A stretch of DNA of 64,000 bases, taken from positions 15,748,001-15,812,000 of the forward strand of contig CM069163.1 in NCBI GenBank assembly GCA_035221665.1, read 5' to 3'. This DNA is from Okamejei kenojei (taxonomy: Eukaryota). Below are positions 1 through 12,738 of this stretch, in pieces (the first letter of the stretch is position 1; every line of letters begins with the position of its first letter). The position numbers were made by a program, and so were the translations under genes. The notes below the pieces were generated by a model. The model had not been told where the DNA came from, searched no databases, and worked only from the letters and a program-made list of their open reading frames with translations.

Positions 1-6
1 GTATAA

Positions 7-232
7 ATGGCCTGTCCAACTTTCACGACCTAATTCACGACCTTTTTTACTCGTGGACATTTTTCATCATGCTAGAAAATCGCCCCGACCTACTTGATGC
101 CACGAGTACCTACGACTAGCATCATGGCCTGCTATGACCTACCTACGACCTCGTGATGACCATGCTGCGAGTATGAGTCAAGGGCAACTCGGCAGAAGTC
201 GTGAATTAGGTCATGAATGTGGGATAGGCCCT
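7..232. mobile_element. PIF/Harbinger-type MITE
   Basis: ~35-bp imperfect TIRs (ATGGCCTGTCCAACTTTCACGACCTAATTCACGAC / GTCGTGAATTAGGTCATGAATGTGGGATAGGCCCT); TAA on both sides (4-6, 233-235), the typical Harbinger TSD. Confidence 0.75.
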
Positions 233-939
233 TAAGTCTTTACTTAAGTAATGAGTAGAAAGATTTTTTGTCTTTAACCGTGAGAAGTCAATTTTTTGGC
301 CATGTTCCAAATCCTAGATTCTGTTTTATCTATTGTATCTGTTTAAAATTTCAATCATATTACCCATAACTTTCTAAAATCCAGGTAATGTCTGCAGATT
401 ATGTGTTTGCTCTTCATAATTTGTGGCCCTTTCAGGCAGCATCTTTGGTGTCTGAGCATCACTGGCAAGGCCGGAGGTTTTTTTTATTCGTCCCCACTTG
501 TTCTTGAGGAGATGGATGGGGTTTCACGATTTAGCTCCAGCAGTGATGAAGGACCAACAACATATTTTCAAGACAGGCTGGTATGTGACATGGAAGGGAA
601 CCTGCAGCTAGTTCATTCTCCTTCTTGGCAATGGAAGTCATGGTTCTGGAAAGTGCTGTGGGAGTAGTGTTATGGAGTAACTACATTCTATTTTATTGAT
701 GCTACACTGAACTCTCTGTGGAGAGAAAATAGGTACTAACAAATTAAATTGATGTTCTTTCCATTACTTTGGATACTTGCGGTGGCTGTCATCTTCCCAG
801 TTATTTTTATTATCCCCATGCATTGCCCATTGAGACTTATCAATGTTCTTTGCTCTTAATGGTTATGGAAATGTTCCCAAATTTCTGTTCTATTATCCTG
901 GGTAGTTTTGTGATGCAGTTCATGTTTCTGTCCTTTCAG

Positions 940-1105
940 TTTGGCCTCTTTGAAGGCAGGTACAGAAGACCAGCTGAATCATGAAAAAGATAATTTAAAA
1001 GTGGTGTTATGGCGACTTTACAATGCTGAAATGCTCCTCCTGGCCTTCGAGAATGGAATTGACAGCCTATACTACTCTCTATATGGCATTGAAAGTGCCA
1101 CTGAG
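940..1105 (+). CDS. CCDC183: CCDC183-like gene, internal coding exon (4th from last)
   Basis: tttcag acceptor, GAG|gtctgt donor. Encodes LASLKAGTEDQLNHEKDNLKVVLWRLYNAEMLLLAFENGIDSLYYSLYGIESATE, which aligns essentially ungapped with the remembered human segment ...[20 protein letters not shown]... Confidence 0.78.
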
Positions 1106-1269
1106 GTCTGTGCCAAATGTACCAATTTGTTTAGAAAATGTTGCCTTGCATTTCAGATTCATGATGGATATAAGAACATAAGGAGCAGAAGCAGACCAAT
1201 AAGCCTCTCAAACTTGCTCTGCTGTTCGACAAAATGGTGGCTGGTCTTCTGCCTCTACTTTCACTCATG

Positions 1270-1800
1270 GCTCACAAAGAACATCGAACAGTACAGCAAA
1301 GGAACAGACCCTTCAGCTACCATGTCTGTGCCAACCATGATGCCAGTTTGAACTAATCCCATCTGCCTGCACATGGTCCATATCCCTCTATTCCTTGTCT
1401 GCTACTGTGCCTGTCTAAATGGCGCTATCCACAATGGCTTCTCGCAGCGCATTTCAGGCACCCAACACTCTATGTGTACAAAGTTCTTGCCTTGCACATC
1501 TCCTTTAAACTTCCCCCCTCTCATATTAAAGTTATGCCTTCTAATATTTGACATTTCTACCTTGAGAGGAAAAGTCTCTGACTATCTACCCTATCCATGC
1601 CTCTCATTATTTTATATTTAGCAGGTTGCCCCTCAGCCTTCAATACTTCAGTGAAACCCCCCCAGGTTTGTCAAATCTGTGCTTATTGCTAACACATTCA
1701 AATCACGCAACATCCTGGTGAACCTCTTCGACACCTTCTCCAAAACTTCAGCACATGGCATTCCGCTGACACTAAACCTCATTGCCCAATGTTTCCATCT
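1270..1800 (-). mobile_element. CR1-type LINE 3' fragment
   Basis: Minus-strand peptide LEKVSKRFTRMLRDL typical of the CR1 ORF2 C-terminus; resembles other CR1 copies in the window; ends approximate. Confidence 0.7.
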
Positions 1801-1945
1801 GCTGTTCATTAACCTACTTTCATTTAACTGCACATATGTTTGTGGTGATCTTCCCCAGAGAAGGTTTAATACATTTCCAGTTGATTGAATATTTTAATGG
1901 GAGTTTTTCCACAGTAGGGCATCTAACTGTGTGTTTTTGCCCCAG

Positions 1946-2071
1946 CCTATATCTAGTGAACCACAAGATACCTATGAGAAGTTGCAAATTTGCGAAGAGA
2001 AATTATATTTCTTGGAGACGAAACTTGCAGATTTTGTTTATGAGGACTGGATGAGAGGCGAACAGGAGAAG
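1946..2071 (+). CDS. CCDC183: CCDC183-like gene, internal coding exon (3rd from last)
   Basis: CTAAC branch motif at 1923, cccag acceptor, AAG|gtaaag donor, 126 nt, phase 0/0. PISSEPQDTYEKLQICEEKLYFLETKL matches remembered human SKLAYCEGKLTYL. Confidence 0.8.
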
Positions 2072-4484
2072 GTAAAGTTGTACATCTTGAACTTGTGTCA
2101 GCAAGATCTTCTAAGAGTTGGCGGCAGATGAGATAAATTGCATAAGTCTGATGCTCATAAGAAAGCCAAATGGTGAGTGAAAAGAATTGTTATCACTTCA
2201 CGAAGATCTCGGACCGCTGATGCCAATGTTGGTGCATTCTGATGCACCTCACACCCTGGAGAAGCCTGCCCTGTGGCATGGTCTGTTGCTCTCTCATTGA
2301 CCACCCTTGCAGAACAGGCAAAGATCCACTAGTCACAATGTCTTCATAGCACTTAACAGTTGAATGTGAAAATCTCACAGAATTGGCGAGGCCGTGTGTG
2401 TACCGGCGAGGCATCTTACTGTGGTAATGCTAACGAGGACACAATACAGCAAGTGCTCCTTGTTTTAGGTTGTGAATGGAAAAAGGTACCTTCTGTTATC
2501 TTTGCACTTTGCAAAAAGAATTATGTTGGCATTTCTTTCTCACTTTGGCTAATTCCTTGCCATCTCTACAGCATTTAGTACAGCTTCATACATCGATTAC
2601 AGACAAACAAAAAAAACTAAGTAAATGGGTCCCCAGGTTTCCCAATCCCCTAACAATTAGAATATTTACATCAGCATATGTTTAAAATTAAGGATTTTGC
2701 AATTCATGTTTATTCAATAGCTGTACAGTCTACAGAGAAGCAGATTTACTTGTTTCTCTGAAGGCTCAGTGAGCGCACTGATATAGGAGAGAATGAATTG
2801 TGGGTTGTGACTGACCTCTTCTGCTCCACTTTGTCATTAAATTAAACTTCACTATCAGCTGAGATCACACAGGCACAAGTCATGCTGACCATGCCTGGCC
2901 AGGGTTCTAATACAGTGACGGTCCCTTTCATGAAGCAACGGCAATTCATATTCACTTTATCTCAGTGAAAGTCAGACATGAGATACTCTGACAGATTATA
3001 TATAATACTATCACCTTGGTAGATAGTCTCCTTCATTCCGCCTACCTCATCTCCACTAATAAGTAGACGTTTTCTTTGTCTATAATTTTCACCACAGCCA
3101 TTCCTTTGGAGATAAATTCCCTGCTCCAGTGCCCAAACGGGAGGCAGCCGTATTTCCCCATCTGAATTTTTTAGTGACTACCTTGTATTTCTGGCTATTA
3201 ATTTTAGATTAACTCACAACACTCCTCCCCCTGTCCACCTTGATACATTTTTAAACCCACTATCAGGGCTTCTCCAGTACTTCCGTTAAAAATAGGACAT
3301 ACTCGTTCATTCCCAGCAGCTATTCTCTCTCTATTCTGGTGCCATGCACCTAAATGCCCCTAAAACTGGCCGTGCTCCCAAGGTGAAGTATCACCATTAA
3401 AACTTACGGTTAATTGTGTCCATCAGCAGACCTTTATTTTTATTTTAGATCCAAGGGTAATAGTAGGAGACACGAGAAAATCTTTTGCATATTGTTTTAT
3501 TTTACTAAATGCAATTTCTATGTCACAACATACATTACAAATAGTTCTGCATAGTTTAAGATGTGTTTTTAGTATTTTATCATCAATGTCATCCCAATTA
3601 GACTAAATGTGCAGTGGAAAGAGAAACAATTAACATTTCAGGTGCAGAATATTTTGCTAACTTTAGCACAGTGCTTTGGCAATTTTCAGTGCTTCGGACA
3701 TTAGTTTAATATCAGATTTTCTAACACTTTCAGTTTTCTAATTTTCATTTATTGACCAAATATATTAAATGTTCTCGTCATCCTATTTCCAATTGTATTA
3801 ATATTTCTGCATCATTGCCCTTTAAAAATAATATTATCACAAAACATTTCAAAATGCTGCCCGGGTTTCACTGCTTCATGCCATATTTCTGAGTTATGTG
3901 TTAACAAATGTGACTGCGAATGAATATTTGAGAAGAAAAGTGCATAAAACATAAATGCTAGTGGCAGGAATGAGACCATTTGACCGCGTGTGTCTGCTCT
4001 GACGATCAAGATCATCGCTAATGGTCCACCTCAGACATTGCCTTATCCTATTCCCACATCACTTGATTCATCTAATCTATCTAATCCTTTTCTCCAGAGA
4101 TGCTGTCTGACCCGCTGAGTTACTCTAGATATTTGTGTCTATCTTCGGTTTAAACCATCATCTGCAGTTCCTTCCTACACATACAGGCGTCATTAGCATA
4201 CAACTTCATTCCTTGTTGGTGGCAGTGGAGCAACAGCACATCCAACTCTTATCTATGTAAATCATTCTATCAAAATGAACATTAGATCTAGTGTTTCACT
4301 GACCCACCACCCAAAATATGAATCTTTGGAATTTTCTGGCCAGGAGGTGGGCTATTTATAGATTTTATACAAATCTGAAATTGATAGATTAGATGAATCG
4401 AGGGAAGTGGGAATAGGATGAGGCAATGTCTGAGGTGGAACATTAGTGATGATCTTGATTGTCAGAGCAGACACAAGGGGTCTT

Positions 4485-4570
4485 CTGAAGAAGGGTCTCG
4501 ACCTGAAACATCATCTATTCCTTTTCTCCAGAGATGCTGTCTGACCCGCTGAGTTATTCCAGCTTTTTGT
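4485..4570 (+). repeat. Short Penelope-derived repeat with hammerhead-like core
   Basis: CTGAAGA-AGGGTCTCGACCT-GAAACATC followed by the family body (ttctccagagatgctgtctgacccgctgagtta). Confidence 0.65.
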
Positions 4571-6226
4571 AACTACTAATGAAACCTTGTCTTCTTTGCT
4601 ATCTAGCGTGTCCCTTAATTAGCATGTTTTTTGGGGTTTTTAATTGAATATTTTTCTCTCTCAATTCCCTTTCTAAAGATCTGCCACTGTTTTATAGTCT
4701 GGTTGTTGTTCAGTATTTTTCTCCCTGTTCAATATCTTTAGTATCAAAACCACTTTCTCATAATTTACACTTTACCCATCTATTATCCTACTCTCATGCC
4801 GTGCTGGCATGCTTAATCCGTACATTGGAGATTAGTCTGTCATGGTCATTCCTAAGCTTTTCTCTTACTTTTTCTCCCCGTTAATTATTGCAAAATCTAG
4901 TAGTGATTTTTTTTTTTTAGTCTGTTGGACATTTTACATGCCATGAGTCTGTGACAATATATTTTTTTCTTTCTCTTTTGAATAGTGGATAGTGGAAACC
5001 CCCAATGATTATTCACTGCATGTACATGACACGTGAACAGGTTTCTTCCTCAAATTCCCTTCCTCTACTTGCCAGGTGCAAAGAATATTTATATTAGAAT
5101 GATGAATCCCTCATCTTTGAACTCAATTTGTTAGCATCCATTCCGTTTTTATAACAATGCTGGTTTTATCCTTTGACCAACTGCAATTATGTTGACATTG
5201 AGAATGAAAATTGACAAATGTTAGAAATCTGAAATAGAAACAAAAACTTTTGGAAACATTCAGCAGGTCAGGGAGCATGTTTGTCTTTCTGTAGATGCTG
5301 CCTGACATGAAATTTTCCACCATTTCTATTTTTATAACGTCCAGTTGCAGCCCCAACCAAGCTTTTCTTAGCTCCGATAGATCCAGCAACATTTTTGTAT
5401 GTCAGTTGTATTCATTACATAGTTATGCTTTTCAGCCATCCTGACCCTAATCACAGATTATTATATTGTTTTTTGTTATAACCAATACACATGTTGTGGT
5501 TACAATAGTCAAATATTATTCACCCATTTTTAATGGGAATTTTACAAATTGTACTGGTTTACTCCATCCTTTGTGTTTTTCTTGTTCTTTCTTTAAGTTT
5601 GTCCTTTTCTGTTTTTTTGTTACGTGTTTTTTATTGGTACCTTGCATGATCCCTCCCTGACAATGTTTAAACTTTCATTAACAACCTTGCTATTCTTTTT
5701 GGATAAAATGATCAGCTGTGGGATCTCAGCAGGCTAAGAAGTATCAATGGAAGCACAGGCTCTCCTTTACGTGCTGGAGCATCTCGAGCTCAGATTCCAA
5801 ATACACATCGGAATGGAACTGTCTTGAAGAAGTGATAATTAATTCACATAGAGTCGGCCCAACTTGCCCACACCAGTCAACATGTCCCATCTACAATAGT
5901 CCCGCCTACCTGTTTTTGGACAATATCCCTCGAAACCTGTCCCATCCATGTACCTATCTACTTGTGGCAATATGAATGAATGTGAACATGGCTCATCTTT
6001 ATTTGATTTACTTCCACTTACCCAAGCTTTAGTAATAGCCCCTATACAGTAAACGCTCCCAGAGAGGTCTACATATGCACTGATCTAGATAATTATCTTA
6101 ATTTTGTGCTATTCCATGTTTAATTGTCTTCTCCATCCACATTCACAATAATATTTTGGTCTCAAATAAAACTAAATTGTAATAGGTCGTCCCCACCTCC
6201 GGCTGGTGAGCTGCACAAATATCATG

Positions 6227-6326
6227 GGTACACAAAAGGCTGGAGAAACTCAGCGGGTGCAGCAGCATCTAAGGAGCGAAGGAGATAGGCAACGTTTCGG
6301 ACCAAAACCCTTCTTCAGACATCTAT
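6227..6326 (-). mobile_element. Short Penelope-derived hammerhead-bearing element with 16-bp flanking direct repeat
   Basis: CTGCACAAATATCATG at 6211-6226 and 6327-6342 flanks a ~100-bp copy nearly identical to the one at 63811-63902. Confidence 0.7.
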
Positions 6327-6421
6327 CTGCACAAATATCATGTTTGGAGATATCTGATCACAGCTTATTCAACCTTCCCATTCATTCCTCGTAACTAACC
6401 TGGATCTTTTGCATGTTTCAG

Positions 6422-6503
6422 TTGACAGAATTAATAGAGAGGGCATTCACTGAGAATCAGAAGAACAGAAATATCATGGATATAGTTGAGTATGAAATGC
6501 AAG
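6422..6503 (+). CDS. CCDC183: CCDC183-like gene, penultimate coding exon
   Basis: tttcag acceptor, AAG|gtaagt consensus donor, 82 nt, phase 0/1 compatible with both neighbours; LTELIERAFTENQKNRNIMDIVEYEMQ. Confidence 0.72.
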
Positions 6504-6801
6504 GTAAGTCTGGGGAAGAACATCCATTAACTGCCACCCAGCCACTGAGGTGTGTAGTGGAGGGGTTTGAATGGAAAAAGACACAAGCTTAGTTCTTCAC
6601 ATTTTCCTTTCATCTGAATGGATGTAATGAAACGTGGGTGGCCAGCTCCGCTGCACACTCTCCTATCCTTCCTTGTACTTTGATGCTGACCCACCAGGCA
6701 AAATGCCACTAAATGGTTCTTGGAGGCAGGAGCAAAATGTTCATTTCCACCTGTAACTGAGCTTGCGCGTTCCCCTGCACCTAGTTTACAGCATAATAAT
6801 A

Positions 6802-7113
6802 GGCGGCACGGTGGCGCAGCGCTAGAGTTGCTGCCTTACAGTGCCAGAGACCCGGGTTTGATCCTGACTACTGGTGCTTGTCTGTACGGAGTTTGTATGT
6901 TCTCTCCCTGACCTGCGTGGGTTTTCTTTGAGTTCTTTGGTTTCCTCCCACACTCCAAAGACCTACAGTTTTGTAGGCTAATGGGCATGGTATTAAAAAA
7001 TGTTAATTATCCCCAGTGTGAAGGGTAGGGTTAATGTGTGAGGATCGGCTGATCGGTGCGGATCTGGTGGGCCGAAGGGCCTGTTTCTGCGCTGCATCTC
7101 TAAACTAAACTAA
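6802..7113 (+). mobile_element. tRNA-derived V-SINE (HE1-like), full length
   Basis: tRNA-like head with A box (GGTGGCGCAGCG) and B-box-like GGTTTGATCC, V-domain-like core (GGAGTTTGTATGTTCTC...GCGTGGGTTT), CR1-like 3' end and (TAAAC)n tail. Confidence 0.8.
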
Positions 7114-7283
7114 TAACGGGCCATGCTGATGGCTTCATTGTGTTCTTACTATAAATGGGATACTTCTGTCCGTGGCCGAGAATGGGATTGAGCCTTTGAA
7201 GGATCGTCCAGAGCACATGCGGCTGGAGCTGGGCTGATGGGAGATCACGGTTGGGAACTGTGCACTATTCTCTTCTTTTCCAG

Positions 7284-7444
7284 ATGACATGGACTATATC
7301 TCAGCAGGCAGCGATGGTATTCCCACAAGAGCGGAAATTAAAAAACAGAGCGAGCTTCTAGTCCTAGATAAAACAAGAATAGTGAGGAGAGTAAAGAAGA
7401 AGGGCAGGAAACGATACGTCAGCAAGAAGAAAGTTGTTTGTTAG
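7284..7444 (+). CDS. CCDC183: CCDC183-like gene, terminal coding exon
   Basis: Strong pyrimidine tract plus cag, phase 1. DDMDYISAGSDGIPTRAEIKKQSELLVLDKTRIVRRVKKKGRKRYVSKKKVVC* matches remembered human [27 protein letters not shown]; TAG at 7442-7444. Confidence 0.82.
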
Positions 7445-7481
7445 ATTGGTGTTTGTGATTGGCTCTGTATTTGTCATTGAA

Positions 7482-7487
7482 AATAAA
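7482..7487 (+). terminator. Candidate polyadenylation signal of the CCDC183-like gene
   Basis: AATAAA about 40 nt after the stop codon. Confidence 0.5.
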
Positions 7488-7529
7488 ATCATTTTGCAGT
7501 TCTGGGAAACGCTTAATAAGTTTGTATCT

Positions 7530-8270
7530 CAACATTTACATGAGCAATTAACACCGACAAGACTAAGGAGTTGGTGGTGTACTTTAGGAGGAGCGGAACA
7601 CCGCTGTACCCTGCCTCCATCAATAGTGTGGATGTGCAGTTCACCAGGGAGTACAAATACATGGGAACGTACCTGGACAGGAAACTGGACCGGTCCAGGA
7701 ACGCTGAGGCCCTGTACTTTTTGAAAAGGCTCAGCTCCTTCAACATTTGCAGTGAGATGCTGTAGATGTTCTACCAACTGCAGATGTTCTACCAATCGGT
7801 GGTAGCCTGTGCCATCTTCGCTGCCGGGGCATCAGGGCGAAGGCTGCAGACACCTCACAAATTCATCAGGAAGGCTGGCTCCATCCTGGGGGTGGATTTG
7901 GATTCCTGGGAGGTGGTCTTGGAGGGGAGGATTCTCCTCAAACTGCAGAGCATCCTGGACAATACAGCTTACCCCCTCCTTGACTGGTCAACCTGAGGAG
8001 TACCTTCAGCACCATACTGGTTCCTCCAAGATGCAGGACAGAACGCCACAGGATATCCTTCTTCCCTGTGGCTATCAAACTTTACAACTCCTCCCCCTTC
8101 TATCGTGGGGTAGACTGAGACTGAAGCACCCCCCACCCAGCCCCCACTTCCTCAATCTTTGCACATCTGCAAAGCCTTACCACTCATCACTTTATTTTGT
8201 GTTTTTTACTACTTTTGGCCAATGAATTTCCCTTCTGGGATAAATAAAGTTCTATCGTATTGTTTCTATC
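7530..8270 (+). mobile_element. Rex1/Babar-type LINE 3' fragment
   Basis: Frameshifted peptide KTKELVVYFRR...EYKYMGTYLDRKLD...LYFLKRLSSFNI typical of the Rex-Babar RT C-terminus; ends with AATAAA and short tandem repeats. Confidence 0.75.
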
Positions 8271-11200
8271 GTAGAAAACAATAAAAGGATGGAAATCATT
8301 TATAATTTCAGCATGTGTTAATAGAACAGAACAGCAGAGGAACATGCCCTTCGACCCACAATGTCTTTTGAGCATGATGCTAAGTTAATTTTGCCAGCAT
8401 TTGATCCCTATCCCTCCATATCCCCGCATATCCATGTGCCTATCTAAAACCTCTAACTGCCACTAGTGTATCTGCTTCCACCACCCCTGGTATCACGTTC
8501 AGGTCTCCCACCTCGATTTGAATCACAACCTGCCTCTAGGTTGCTCTCGCCAAAGTGCTGACCTCACACCTATCCACCTTAAATTCCATTTCCCACAATT
8601 TTACCCATTCACTCAACCTATCTACAGATGACTGGAGACCAAGCAGCAGCCCTGGCTCGACTGCCACTCCCAAGAGGCCGAGCACATGGATCGGTGTGAC
8701 CTGCAGTGGCACAGAGGACATCAACAACTTTGCGTGGCCAGGCCGACCCTGCAATGTCATCAGGACAATGGGCCTTTATGGGCTTTGAAAATGGTGCCAA
8801 AACATGGCGACTCTCAGACTATTTATTTTCACTTTGTACTTAATGTTATATTGTGCTTGTGTATAGCGATAGTTTCTGAACTGTAAAAAATGTCTCTGTA
8901 CCCATGTTAATAAACTATTGGACCTCTGGCTTTCTGGGTTATGTTCACCATCAATAGTCTCTGTTCTTTAGGTGTGGACAAAAAAAAAATTCAGCAGCCA
9001 CATTTCGTTCTAGTTCTGATGAGACGTCAAATTATTGGCATATATTTGTGGTCCATGTACTGACTGACAATGGGACCCTAATCTGAAACATGGACTCAAT
9101 TTATCTTTCCAGAAATGCTGCTTGACCTCCTGCGTTTTTCCAGCAGCTTCCCTTTTTTTATTTTAAATAACCAGCAGTTTTAAAAATATTTTTTATTTCC
9201 AAGTCATTATGTTCTATGCTGTTGTCTGCCCGCGCGGGTGGGAGCAGCCATCAGATTTGCAGGCAGTGGGAAATCGTTGAACCGTATCAATCGATCATTT
9301 TATTAAATATACAGAATATTATATTTGGAATGGAATACTTTATTGTCACGTGATTAGGCACTGAAATTCCTTGCTTGAATACCCAATGTATGCAAATAGC
9401 AGCCACCTACGGCGCTGACAAAGTTACAAAGCAAAATTTGATCTTTCATGAACAATTGCAACATCCACAAATAGTGCAAGAATGCTGAAGATGTTAATCT
9501 ATGTAATACTTTCAGTTTACAATCAGAGTGCAATAATGGACTACAGCTTCAAAACAAAATCTGAAGCTAAAGGCCGACCTCCCAACTATCCCGCTTTTGG
9601 CGGGATATTCCCGCTTTTTAGGTTCCCTTCCCGCCATCCCGATTTGTAACCTAATTATCCCGCTAAATTGACATTTCCGATACCATGTATGTGTTATTAT
9701 GTATATTGCTCAATTTGACTGTGATATTACGCAATACAAAATTGAAAGGTGCGTTGTCAGCAAACGAGCAGACGATTCACATTCTTTATGCACCCATTGC
9801 ATTGATGTACGTGAGCAGTGCGTGAACCATGTGTGTATGCATAGAGTTACATGTAACTCTATGTGTGTATGACACAACACCGCGACCACCGTGGCAGATC
9901 TCTTGTGCACTGTACACGTGTACACTGTAGGGCTAGCTAGAAATCAGGGCAGTGCAGTGCAGTGAACGCGACAATTGAAAACAACGCAAGCTACTTGCAT
10001 AATGCATCAAGCACATGTGCACACCGCAAAATCAACAAAGATTTCTATAGGAGTTTATGCCGAGTTTTTGTTGCCTGCTGAATATTTATTGATTGGATTT
10101 TCATGGATCTAATTTGGGGATTTCAACGGCGCTTTGAATATCAGTTTATAGCCCATACTTTGAACTTGTATTTCGCGAAATCACCGTGGCTTTGTTACAG
10201 ATTTTCTGCTTCATTTTATTTTTAACGCACAGACTGTGGATCAGATTTTTGTGGATATGGATCGTGGATGCTATTTTGTTAGATTTCACGCCTTTTACGG
10301 GATGAATCAACACTTTGTATTGTGATAATATCAGCTGTTATCGCTACTGACACTGTTTTACTTTGTTAGAAATCTACTGACATGTGCTGTGATTGTATTT
10401 ATTTGGATTAAATCAACATGAATCCTCCGTTCATCACATCGTTCAAATCAACTTGACATGCATTACTCATTGACTCTACAACACGATCTTGCCTCAACGA
10501 CCCAAATTTAACGCGTCAGTGGCGGCGTCCGGCGGGGTTACAACACAATCCAGATCCAAACAGTACTGTCGACTGTCACTTGTGAGTACAAGTAGCTTTG
10601 CAAATGGGAAGTTAGATTCAACATTTTATAAAGATGGCTTCATCTAAAAAAGCAAAGCAGTACCAACGTTATCTACGTAGATCTGGGGAGGAGTTTCCAT
10701 GTCTTGGACCCAGCAGAGTAAGTGAATTTAAAGCACATTGCAGTATTTGTGGTGCCGATTTTGTGATTAGTCATGCAGGACGAGGTGACTGTGTGAAACA
10801 TGTGAACTCTGCTAAGCATTGTAAAGCAGTTGCAGATGTCCAAAAAATACCAAAGTTGACATCATTTTCGAGCTTCTCACAAGATTTCAGTGTCATTAAT
10901 GCTTAAGTATTATTTACAAGTTTTGTTGTAGAACATAATTTGCCTTTTGCCGTAGCTGACCACATGGGTCCTTTGCTTCGCAAGATGTTTCCCAACAATC
11001 CAGTAGCCAAAGATTTCCATTGCGGACAGACAAAGACTAAATCAATTGTCCAAACCTTAGCGAGAGACACCGAAAAAGAAATAACAGAAGCTATGATAAG
11101 TGGACCGTACAGTTTAGCTACTGATGGGAGTAGTGATATGGATGATGTTAAACTCTACCCCCTTGTTGTACGTTATTTTGATAACTCAAAGGGTGGTGTA

Positions 11201-11700
11201 TCTACTGTGTTACTTTGTATGCCCGAGTGCAGAGAGTCGACTGCTGCCCAAATTTTTCAGTTGCTGGATGAAGAGCTGACAAAGAGAAACATTTCCTGGA
11301 ATAACTGTCTTTCATTTGGAGCAGACAATGCCAATGTTATGCAGGGTCTCAAGACCGGACTAGCCTCGCATCTCCTGAAAGTAAATCCAAACATGTATAT
11401 CGTTGGATGTGCATGTCATCTATTGCACTTGGCAGCTGAGAAGGCAGAAAGTGAACTGCCCATCCATGTTGAAGAGACATTGATAGATATATATTACTAT
11501 CTCGACAAAAGTAGCAAGAGAAAGGCTGTACTGAGAGACTTTCAGTGCCTGCACAACACAGAGGTAAGAAAAATCCTCAAACATGTGAGCACAAGGTGGT
11601 TGTCACTGAAAACATGCATTGACAGCATTTTGATGTTGTGGCCAGCTTTGACGGATTTCTTCAATAGCGAATTACAGCAGGGTGGTAAGAAGAAGCCAAC

Positions 11701-11880
11701 AGCACAAAAGAGGAAGGGTAGTGGAGATCCCCCTGTCATGAAAAAATGTTTGAAAACGGGTCAGTCACAAACTACCGTGAATGCAACATCAGCACAAAAG
11801 AGGAAGGGTAGTGGAGATCCCCCTGTCATGAAAAAATGTTTGAAAACGGGTCAGTCACAAACTACCGTGAATGCAACATC
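11701..11880 (+). repeat. Perfect 2 x 90-bp in-frame tandem duplication in the transposase
   Basis: 11701-11790 equals 11791-11880 (AQKRKGSGDPPVMKKCLKTGQSQTTVNATS twice). Confidence 0.95.
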
Positions 11881-12179
11881 CAAGCCAAAATCAGCTACAG
11901 GTGGTGCCAAGAAGCCTCTGTTAACTCAGTCTGCCCACCCTAAATCATCTTGTGCAGAGAAAAGAACAGGTACATCTAGTTCTTGGCCATCTGCTCCATC
12001 AAAGACTAAATCAAATATGTTGTGTGGATCATCTTCATCTTCTTCTGCCTTTCTCAAACAGTTCAAGATACCAACTTTGAAGTCTACGACACAAAAGTCT
12101 GATAGTCAGGCATCATCATCTAAACTGAAATCATCAGTAGCTGTGGCAGGACAGATGCACAAACCATGTACCTCAACAG

Positions 12180-12738
12180 CAGAGATGCCAAGTGTCCCGG
12201 ATTCGCCGTATTTTATCCCGGCGAAATAACCTTTTTACGGTGTTCCGGCAGCCAAACATGCTGTTACGGAACACCGCCGCGCCGGGTGTTCCTCCCCGTG
12301 GTCAGTGGGGGAGGGTTGCCGGGCCCCAGTGGCCGCGCGTGCGCAGTGGGGGAGGGTTGCCGGGCCCCAGTGCGCAGTGGGGGAGGGTTTGCCGGGCCTG
12401 GCGCCATTTCGAGCCACGCCCGGCCCAGAGCCCGGGCGGCGCCGGCCCGCGCGATCAGCGGCACTTTCTTGCCGCCAACCGGCCGCTCGCGGCAGCCCCA
12501 TCACCGGGCCTCCCCCCCACCCCCACCCAGTGCGCAGGCGCAGACCCGCCGGCAACCTTGCCAAGTGCGCATGTGCCGCACCCGCCCGCCGGCAGCCCGC
12601 TGATCTGCACCAGTGCGCAGGCGCAGACCCGCCGGCAACAACCCCAGGTGAGTACGGAGAGAAATGCATTTAACCCCATTTGTTACGGACAAATGGGTTA
12701 AATGTTACTGTGAACTAAATTTAGGGTTGGCATCTCTG
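12180..12738. mobile_element. Non-autonomous hAT-like MITE (559 bp) with 6-bp TSD, nested in the transposase
   Basis: Perfect 12-bp TIRs CAGAGATGCCAA / TTGGCATCTCTG; CAACAG at 12174-12179 and 12739-12744; CpG-rich internal tandem repeats. Confidence 0.9.

Noticed and set aside
6802-6875. tRNA gene
   Set aside because: The A/B-box-like sequence is the head of a SINE and continues into the V-domain and CR1-like tail.
7420-7444. Prenylation signal at the CCDC183-like C-terminus (KKKVVC)
   Set aside because: The Cys is the last residue, which fits neither CaaX nor CC/CxC motifs.
12166-12701. Overlapping 120-170 aa ORFs on both strands
   Set aside because: They lie within the GC-rich MITE, where stop codons are rare; no recognisable domain.
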